This document shows, in pieces, positions 57,295 to 64,000 of a stretch of 64,000 nucleotides of DNA. The notes below the pieces were generated by a model. The model did no database searches and had not been told where the DNA came from. It saw nothing but the letters and a program-made list of their open reading frames with translations. Both the position numbers and the translations under genes were made by a program. The stretch is from an uncultured Bacteriovoracaceae bacterium (lineage in GTDB: Bacteria > Bdellovibrionota > UBA2428), in contig CALFZE010000130.1 of the NCBI GenBank assembly GCA_937952285.1, positions 18,282 through 82,281 of the forward strand, in the 5' to 3' direction. Every line of letters starts with the position of its first letter. Position 1 is the first letter of the stretch.

Positions 57295-57813
57295 TTAACG
57301 ACCTCCTTCGCGGGAGAGCCGGAGCGTCCCCGACGCGCCGACCGAGGCGGCGCTCCAAACGCCGACGAGATCCGCCCCCTGCACCGAAACGTTGAGCACG
57401 AGATCCTGGAACTGCGAGTGAACGACGACGAGGTTCAGGCGTCCCGGGGCCGCGAAGTACTCCGCCGAGCCGACCGGGGCGTCGGAATACTCGCCGACCT
57501 CTTCGCTGCCGTAAAGAAAGCGCAGGTAGCCGATCAGCTTGGGCACCAGCACGGGATCGACCCCCGCCCCGCTTTGCCCTTCCGGGACGTCGCGCACCTC
57601 GAGATTCAGGACGACGGGCTGCTCGTAATCGGACGCGCCGAGCAAGTTCCCGGCGTACCGGCCGCCGACCTGGCCGAGCTCCGAGCGTTTGACCTCGGCC
57701 AAGTTCATGTCGCGCTGGCGGGCGATCTCGCGATCGCTCGGCCGGCGCTGGCTACAAGCCGACAGCGCCGCGAGCGAGAGCGCGAGCGCGAAAAGCCGGA
57801 TGTTCTTTCTCAT
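57295..57813 (-). CDS. Lipoprotein (172 aa)
   Basis: Lipobox LAALSAC. Its stop is 2 nt before the next ATG. It shares a VGVWSAASVGASG motif with neighbouring paralogs. Confidence 0.55.
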   Translation of the reverse strand: MRKNIRLFALALSLAALSACSQRRPSDREIARQRDMNLAEVKRSELGQVGGRYAGNLLGASDYEQPVVLNLEVRDVPEGQSGAGVDPVLVPKLIGYLRFLYGSEEVGEYSDAPVGSAEYFAAPGRLNLVVVHSQFQDLVLNVSVQGADLVGVWSAASVGASGTLRLSREGGR

Positions 57814-58631
57814 TGTACGCTCTCCAATTCGATCGTGCCGACGCGGCCGAGGCCGTCCGCGAAGACGTCCGCGACGAAATCGCCGTCGGGGGAAAGCACG
57901 CCCTTCAGCGTGATCCCGTGCTGGGCCGTTTTAAGGGTGAGGTAACGGTTGTAGAAGTTGAACTTCGCCTCGGCGATCGGCGTCTCGACGAACTCCCCCG
58001 AGCCGAAATCGCCCAGGTAAAAGCGCAGGTTGCCGGAGATGCGGAGCTCGACCGTTCCTCCTTCCGCGGGAGTTTGCGTCGTGACGAGCGACAGGCTGAG
58101 TCGCTCGGGAAGGTTGGATTCGGGATGGGTGTTCACGAGCGTCCCGCGGTAGTGGCCGGTGACCGTCTTCACGAGAACCGAGCCGCGCTCGATCGCGGGC
58201 ACCTGCGACTTCTGGGCGGCGAAGCGACCGACGCGACCCGCGCTCGACGAAAACCATTCCCCCGTGATGGCGCCGTTGCGAAGCGTCCCGATGAAACTCA
58301 CGTCGTTGCCGTCGGCGCGGAGGCTCAGCTGCCGGGTGAGCAGGTTCATCGGCACGTCCGGGTACTCGTAGGTCAGGAACTCGTTCGAGCTCCAGTCGCC
58401 GAAGATCATCCGCACGCTCGCCGAAATCTTGAGCGTGCCGCCGATGTTCACGGTGCGAATCGTGAGCGTGGCGAACTGATGGTACTTCGTCGGCTCCGCG
58501 CCCCGGGGTTCGTGGTTGAGGACCGTCCGGTAGGTCCCTTGGATGGACTCGGTTTGCGCCCCCGCGACCGGGGTCGCGAGAAAGGCGGCCCCGAGCGCGA
58601 GCGAAGGAAGGTATCGGGTGAAGAAGTTCAT
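57810..58631 (-). CDS. Secreted protein with two copies of a ~130-aa module
   Basis: Signal peptide; modules IFGDWSSNEFLTYEYPDV ... GEWFSSSAGRVGRFAA; ATGA overlaps at both ends. Confidence 0.6.
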   Translation of the reverse strand: MNFFTRYLPSLALGAAFLATPVAGAQTESIQGTYRTVLNHEPRGAEPTKYHQFATLTIRTVNIGGTLKISASVRMIFGDWSSNEFLTYEYPDVPMNLLTRQLSLRADGNDVSFIGTLRNGAITGEWFSSSAGRVGRFAAQKSQVPAIERGSVLVKTVTGHYRGTLVNTHPESNLPERLSLSLVTTQTPAEGGTVELRISGNLRFYLGDFGSGEFVETPIAEAKFNFYNRYLTLKTAQHGITLKGVLSPDGDFVADVFADGLGRVGTIELESVQ

Positions 58632-60207
58632 GGTTTCTCCTCGTTCAAGACTTTGAACAGACGGGGCGCCTCGAAGACGGGCATGATCGTGCCGTAGCCG
58701 TTGGAGGTCATGAGGGCGCTCAAGTGGGCGCCCTCATGGCGTTTGGCGCTAAAAAGGCGGTCGTCGCCGTAGAGCAGCGCGAGGCGCCCCACGTAAAAAT
58801 CATAGCTGCCGGCGACGACGTTCTCCTTGGCGGCGCCGCGGAACCACATCGTGCCGCCAAGCTGCAGCGGATAGTACGGGTTCTCGGTGTTGGGCGGCGT
58901 CGTGCCCTGGAAGACTTTCAGATCGAGCGAGAAGGTGTCGTGTCCGTAGCGGGCCGTGAGCGGGACGACGCGACGGGCGTCGGGCCGGGGCTTCACGCCG
59001 CCGTCTTTGGCCGCCTCGAAGGACCCCACCCGGCCGAAGAGCAGCGAGTACCACTCCCCGCGGATCGTGCCGTCCTTCAGCGTCGTGACCTTGAGGAAGG
59101 CGTCGACGTCGTCGTCCAGCCGACTCAAGACGAAGTCCGAACGGAGGATCGGATTCGGGTAATCCCGCGGCTCGAAGCGGTAGGCGATCGCCTCGTGGCT
59201 GCGCTCCGACCCGAAGAAGAGCGTCGCCACGGCCGAGATCCGGAGCGTCGACTCTCGTCCGTCCGTGGCCTGGTAGGTGGCCACGTCGATGCGAATGGGC
59301 TGGTAGGCGTCGAGGTACTCGTGGTGGACGTAGCCCCGGTAGGCGCCCGCGATCGCGGAAGGCGACGACGAAGCGGCCGCTTGCTCGCGCACGAAGCTCG
59401 CCTTCGCTCGCGGCGGCGCGAACTCGCGCGAGCGGGACTCGGAAGAGCGCCGCTCGAAGCGACAGCCCGCCCCGCAGTTCAGCGCGTTCCCCTCGACTTT
59501 ACAGTCAAGGTTCGAGAGGCGGCCCACGAGCTCAAGCTGGCCTCGGTAGAAGTCGTAGGTCCCCTGGGTGAAGGTGTCGCGGTTGCACACCCGCCCGCTC
59601 CCTTGGTCGAAGCAGAGGGAATCGTTGAGCACGCCGACTTGCGCCCGCACGTCGTAGGCCGCGAAGGGCGACCCGATGCGCGAGGAGTCCCCGGTGGAGC
59701 GGAAAGTGTGGATCTGGAGCGCCCGATTCTCGCCTTCGCACTTGCCGACGTATTCGCCGTTCAACGGCTCGATGAGCGGCCGGGCCGGATTCGCCACGCC
59801 GTCGAGGTTGAGCGAAAGCTCGCCGATCTGCCCAGCTTGGCCACGAGCTCTCCCGCCGCGAAACGCGTCGTGACGATCGTCGCGTCTTCGTCGGCCGAGT
59901 CGAAGGTGAGAACGCCGGTCACGAGTCCGTAGTGAACCTTGTCGAAATGGTACGAGACGTACTCCCCACTCCGGAAGTCGCCGAAGTGGAGAGTCAAGAC
60001 GGCCTTGAGGTCGAGCTCGTTGCCGGCGGTCCGCGACATCACGAAGTCGAGCTTCGCGAGCTGCTCCCTTCCGAGTCGCTCGTGCTTGAGGGTCCCGACG
60101 TAGCGGCCAAAGACGCCGCTTTGCGCCCACGCCCGAACGGAAGCAAACGAAGCCGCGCAAACGAGAACGAGGACGGACAGACGGCGAACGAGTTTTCGAC
60201 CTCCCAC
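58628..60207 (-). pseudogene. Paralogous secreted protein (~527 aa) interrupted by a frameshift near 59800-59830
   Basis: The N-terminal 149 aa (GTG at 60207, RBS AAAGGGGG, signal peptide, HFGDFRSGEYVSYHFDKV) are in the frame of track ORF 59761-60657. The rest (IRGEWYSLLFGRVGSFEAA...) is in the frame of 58628-60433, which has no start codon near the switch. Confidence 0.5.
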
Positions 60208-60218
60208 GATCGCCCCCT

Positions 60219-60593
60219 TTACTCGCTTCGCGAGGCGGCCTTCTCGACCGTATCGCCTTCCTTGAAGTCGACGCCTTCGGGGAAGCTCGCGACCGAATAG
60301 TGGGCGTCGTAAACCTTGCGAATCGTTCCCGTCCCGATCGTGCGGGGACGGCAGCGGAACTCGGCGGCGCCCGAGGCGCGGCCGCCGGCGACCTTCTCCG
60401 CGACGCATTCGTGCCGGACGACGCGAACGGCATCGCCCACGGCGACCTGTTTGTTGCCGAGGCAGACGTGCGCCTCGCCGCCCTCCGTCTTCATGACGAC
60501 GGACCCGCGGTGTTCGCCTTCGTGAGGTTTCGCGGTCGCGCAAGCACTCAAGACCAGTCCAATAAGCCCAAGCATGGGCATTGAGATTTTCAT
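60219..60593 (-). CDS. Small His/Cys-containing lipoprotein (124 aa)
   Basis: Lipobox LVLSAC with an internal start MKISMPMLG. It is the first gene of the co-directional cluster. Confidence 0.5.
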   Translation of the reverse strand: MKISMPMLGLIGLVLSACATAKPHEGEHRGSVVMKTEGGEAHVCLGNKQVAVGDAVRVVRHECVAEKVAGGRASGAAEFRCRPRTIGTGTIRKVYDAHYSVASFPEGVDFKEGDTVEKAASRSE

Positions 60594-61109
60594 GTTTTCC
60601 TTTTCGTGGACCCACGCGCCCAAACGCGTGGGTCGAGGGTGGGCACGGGCCGTTCACGGCCCTTTCGTTAAGTGGAAGCGGCGGAAGAAAAGGCGACTAA
60701 GCGCGCGGGGGACGGAAAAGCGAAGCGAGGTGCGGCGAGCCGGGGACCGACCAATCGGTCGCGGCTTTGAGGGCCGACGTAGCGGGTTCGAAGCTTCTCA
60801 AAGCGATTTGCCGGATCGGCAGCACGCAAGAAGTACAAGCATGAACGTGGACATGGGCATGATCGGCTTTGCGGTCCTCGTCGTGCGGGTCCGCGCCATG
60901 GTCCTCGTCGAGGCAACCCGCCGCGTCCTGGCAGGCCAGCTCAGCCGTCTGAAGATGCGTGATCGATTCGAAGCGGGCCTGGAGACCGGAGAGCGCGAAG
61001 GCTCCCAGCATCAAGAGCGAAAAGAAGAACTTCTTGGGGCCCACGAGTCTTTGATACCAAATCCCTCGCATCTTGAGAAGCCCCTTTAAATGACTCCGCC
61101 TCCGTCCGC

Positions 61110-61808
61110 TTAGACTTCGTGCAGGAAGAGCTCCGACGCCAGACGCACGTGCGTCGAAGGCGCCGGCGCCTTCGCGGCGCGCCCCACGCCGAACACCATG
61201 ACGACGCGCGAAGCCCGCCCCAGCCCGAGCAAGCGCTTCACGCGCTTTTCGTCGAAGCCTTCCATCGGGCAGCTCGCGTAACCCTGATCGACGACCGAGA
61301 GCATGAAGTTTTCGCAGGCCAGGGCCGTCGTCTTCGTCACGACCTCGACGAGTTCCGCGCGCGTGGAGGGCCCGCGCGGCACGGGCCGCCAAAGCCCCAC
61401 GACGCCAAAGAAAATCCGTTTGAGCAAACCCGCCAAGCCGAAGGGATCTTGCCAATAGGCCGCCGGCACGACTTTGCGGTAGTAGTTCGTGAGGTAGGCC
61501 GGTACGGGGCCTTCGCTCGCGAGCTTTTCGAGCAGGAGAGCGCGGTTGCGGCGCCACGTGTCCGTCCGCGCAACGGCCACGACGAGTTCCGCGGCCGTGC
61601 GCGCGGCCGCCTGCGAGAAGCAAGCTTCGACCAGCTTAGCCTTCGAGGACGGCGTCCGGACCCAGTAGAATTCCCAAGGCTGCATGTTCGAGGAATTCGG
61701 CGCGAGCAGGGCGTCCTCGAGCGCCCGACGGATCACGGCCTCCGGAACGGCTTCCGACGCAAACTGACGAACGCTCCGGCGAGCGGCGAGGACGGCCTTG
61801 AATTCCAT
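61110..61808 (-). CDS. Nitroreductase-family protein
   Basis: N-terminal RRSVRQF FMN-binding motif and 232-aa length. Confidence 0.75.
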   Translation of the reverse strand: MEFKAVLAARRSVRQFASEAVPEAVIRRALEDALLAPNSSNMQPWEFYWVRTPSSKAKLVEACFSQAAARTAAELVVAVARTDTWRRNRALLLEKLASEGPVPAYLTNYYRKVVPAAYWQDPFGLAGLLKRIFFGVVGLWRPVPRGPSTRAELVEVVTKTTALACENFMLSVVDQGYASCPMEGFDEKRVKRLLGLGRASRVVMVFGVGRAAKAPAPSTHVRLASELFLHEV

Positions 61809-62409
61809 GCGACCTTTTTACGCCCCTTATCGCTTCGACGCACCCACGAAACGAAAGACGCACCCAGCCACATCTGTAACTTGCCCTTACATAAAAATCG
61901 GAGGCTCCAGGCATTCGCCCGCTCTCCGCACGAGAGGCATCAATGCGACGCCTCACTATCGTGAGCACGGCGAGTGGGAGGTCTACGACTATCTGCACGC
62001 AACTGATTGGCGCAAAGTAGAACGCCGCCTTCATCGAGCCTTTTCCAGCAGCAAGAAGAAATCAAATTCAGCAAATGAACTCTATTCGGCTTCTCTTCTG
62101 GAAGCGCAAAACGCACTTCACAGCGCGCCCCTCGATCTACAAGTTGGCCGGGAGAAACTCGAACGCTTCAGACAAGACAGAGCACTGAAGTCCTACTTGA
62201 ACGAGTCGCTTCTTACGACTTGCCTATACGGACACCTGGACCCACAGGGAACATGGGCACTGAAGCTATTTCCCCCTACGGCGGGCGGACGCCAGTTCAC
62301 ACTAAGCATTGGCTCACACGAAGTCGTCTTCTCGGCAAACACTTCGGCGAATCATCATTGCCTCGTAATGGATGAACTCGCGCGCGATATTCCCGAATTA
62401 AAGAGGTGA
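61798..62409 (+). CDS. T5orf172 (GIY-YIG-like) domain protein; start uncertain
   Basis: PYIKIGGSRHSPALRTRGINA...EWEVYDYLHATDWRKVERRLHRAF fits the T5orf172/Mug113 pattern (KIGxT...R...E...H..F). The gene lies in a roughly 48% GC segment. Confidence 0.45.
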   Translation: MNSMRPFYAPYRFDAPTKRKTHPATSVTCPYIKIGGSRHSPALRTRGINATPHYREHGEWEVYDYLHATDWRKVERRLHRAFSSSKKKSNSANELYSASLLEAQNALHSAPLDLQVGREKLERFRQDRALKSYLNESLLTTCLYGHLDPQGTWALKLFPPTAGGRQFTLSIGSHEVVFSANTSANHHCLVMDELARDIPELKR

Positions 62410-62694
62410 CTGGAGAAGCACCGAGGCGGCTGCCAAAGGGCTGCCTATAGAACAGCCGGGGATCGAGCCCTCTCGGTCCATTTCAACGGCGATCTTTCCG
62501 ACGCTCAGCGCTTTCTTAAGGTTCGCGGAGTACGACGGGCGCTAGTCGCCTACTGGGCAGATTAACTCGCCAACTTACGAGAACGAGCGGAACAAAGCCC
62601 GTACGCGAGGTATTACGACCACAATGCTGTCATGGACCTCGTGGACTATTAGCGCGCCTATTCTCCATAGGCCCGCAACCCTAGCCTTGCGCTA

Positions 62695-63114
62695 TTAGTC
62701 GCACCGATACGCTGAGGTGAAAAACTGGGGCGACCCCTGAGGAGCTGGCTGTTGGTGAATAAAGTACGTCGGAAAGAATTTCGATCCGGGGATTAGAGTC
62801 CAAAAGAAGACGTCTCCAGAATCTAGCTTCTCGTAAAATGACCTATCACCAACTTTCGTCAGTTTTGACTGGCGACCAGAATTCTTAAAAAGCGCATGAT
62901 CCTTGGTGACGGCAATTGAGACTACTTCGGCGTCCTTTGGAGTGCGCACCTCACCCTCCATCCGCCCAGTTTTTAGTTCGGTCGCGGCTCCCATACGATG
63001 AGACAAATGCGACATTGTTTCCAGCTTGCAGGAGTAGATCCTATCCTGAGCTTGGGCCGAATGCGTGACTGCAAAAATCCAAACACTCAATCCAACCAAC
63101 AAGGTTCTCTTCAT
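62695..63114 (-). CDS. Small secreted hypothetical protein in the low-GC island
   Basis: Internal start MKRTLLVGLSVWIFAVTHSAQAQ (signal peptide). Confidence 0.4.
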   Translation of the reverse strand: MKRTLLVGLSVWIFAVTHSAQAQDRIYSCKLETMSHLSHRMGAATELKTGRMEGEVRTPKDAEVVSIAVTKDHALFKNSGRQSKLTKVGDRSFYEKLDSGDVFFWTLIPGSKFFPTYFIHQQPAPQGSPQFFTSAYRCD

Positions 63115-63221
63115 TCCCTCAAATGTAACACGAGCCGAGAACCCGTGGGTAGACATGCGGGAGGCGCGCCAAACAATCCCGAACGAGCATCTCACGCCGA
63201 CGGCGAGCTGCGAGCTCGGAA

Positions 63222-63983
63222 CTAAATGCCTCGACCCTGTACCCTTATCCGAAAGTCCTCAGGCGTTGTCCTAATCCAAACTGAAGCAAAAAGGTGTCCC
63301 ACATCCGGGCCTTGGCCTGGGTGTGGCGGAAAAGGTTGAATCTGCCCATTCAAGACTTTTCGGATACCGATATGCCTCTGCCCGCTGAGATGAAGAGCAA
63401 TCTCAGCGTCCTCAACCCGTATCGGACGCCCATACCCAGCCCACCGAACAAATGGAATTGATAAATAGACCCCCTGATACGTCGACAGAGACCCTGAGCT
63501 CTTAGCAAAGATCTCGCTACTCTCTTTGGCCACAATTTTTGCATAAAACTCAGCTCTCTTGCCGGGCTCAAGAATACGAAACTGATAGAGCTCGACTAGA
63601 GTGAACTCCACCGTCTCCCCATTTCCATTCGGGACCAGCCTAGCAAGCACGGTGTCACGGACAGGGAGCGCAATGGTGTACGCGCTAAAAGGGCAGTTTT
63701 CTTCAGTCCATTCACCCGAGAATCGCACTTTTACAACCCCACTTAGAGTCTTTATGCGATCCTGCTCAATGGCCAACCGGCTAGTGAGTTCCTGTATTCG
63801 AATGGCCTGACTAAGATTCTCATTCTTCAAGAGCAAAGAATCATTCTGAATACTGAGCACCTGATTCTCAGAGGCTGCAACCTTCAAACTCTGTTCATTG
63901 GACTCAATTCGACCAAGATGCGCAGCCCAAACCGCCAAAGCCGCGACGAAAAAAGAAACAGACTTTAATGCCTTTCGGGCCAA
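63222..63983 (-). CDS. Membrane-anchored hypothetical protein with a coiled-coil segment (low-GC island)
   Basis: Signal/anchor MARKALKSVSFFVAALAVWAA followed by heptad-rich LSIQNDSLLLKNENLSQAIRIQELTSRLAIEQDRIKTL. Confidence 0.45.
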   Translation of the reverse strand: MARKALKSVSFFVAALAVWAAHLGRIESNEQSLKVAASENQVLSIQNDSLLLKNENLSQAIRIQELTSRLAIEQDRIKTLSGVVKVRFSGEWTEENCPFSAYTIALPVRDTVLARLVPNGNGETVEFTLVELYQFRILEPGKRAEFYAKIVAKESSEIFAKSSGSLSTYQGVYLSIPFVRWAGYGRPIRVEDAEIALHLSGQRHIGIRKVLNGQIQPFPPHPGQGPDVGHLFASVWIRTTPEDFRIRVQGRGI

Positions 63984-64000
63984 TGGCTGACTTTCAAAAA

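Noticed and set aside
60574-61089. 171-aa plus-strand ORF in the ~500-bp region upstream of the lipoprotein cluster.
   Set aside because: It has a basic low-complexity N-terminus, no RBS and no domain. The region is more plausibly the promoter/leader of the minus-strand cluster; a short C-terminal peptide (MNVDMGMIGFAVLVV...) cannot be excluded.
62410-62800. Possible tRNA/tmRNA fragments (TCGATCC T-loop-like motifs at 62458-62476 on the minus strand and 62783-62797 on the plus strand) that might mark an island integration site.
   Set aside because: I could not build a 5-bp T-stem, an acceptor stem or a cloverleaf around either motif, and there is no tag-peptide reading frame. They are treated as an imperfect inverted repeat only.

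Overview
This is a 64 kb stretch of a high-GC (about 67-68%) Gram-negative bacterial chromosome. It is densely coding, and many adjacent genes share ATGA or 4-nt stop/start overlaps. Predicted content is mostly housekeeping and envelope functions: purK (truncated at the 5' edge), a PBP-type transpeptidase, a TetR-regulated AKR/enolase-superfamily operon, an APC permease, cysK coupled to a GAF-type free-Met-sulfoxide reductase, cstA behind a CheY-like receiver, an MCP, an overlapping SOD-Dps pair, a P-type ATPase next to a CorC/CNNM protein, cho plus a DUF222-HNH nuclease, a YahK-type reductase, and YihY, VIT1 and nitroreductase genes. Three regions look accessory or novel. (i) A translationally coupled operon (10.6-14.7 kb, minus strand) encodes a DAGK_cat lipid kinase, a thioester-reductase-like SDR and a 688-aa fusion of an unknown domain with a cyanobacterial-type acyl-ACP-reductase domain; next to it, divergently oriented on the plus strand, sits a LolA-like/beta-barrel gene pair. 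(ii) A paralogous LolA-like/beta-barrel pair follows a MacB/LolCDE-like ABC transporter (36.7-43.6 kb), with no adaptor or LolB gene nearby. (iii) A CzcA/CusA-type RND pump with a TolC-like channel (51.6-60.6 kb) has no membrane-fusion-protein gene and is preceded by five co-directional lipoprotein/secreted-protein genes, three of which share a ~130-aa module (one of them frameshifted). Other features are a collagen-like lipoprotein with 9-bp DNA repeats, several structured intergenic repeats, and a roughly 2.2 kb low-GC island at the 3' end that carries a T5orf172-type gene. No rRNA, tRNA or CRISPR was found.
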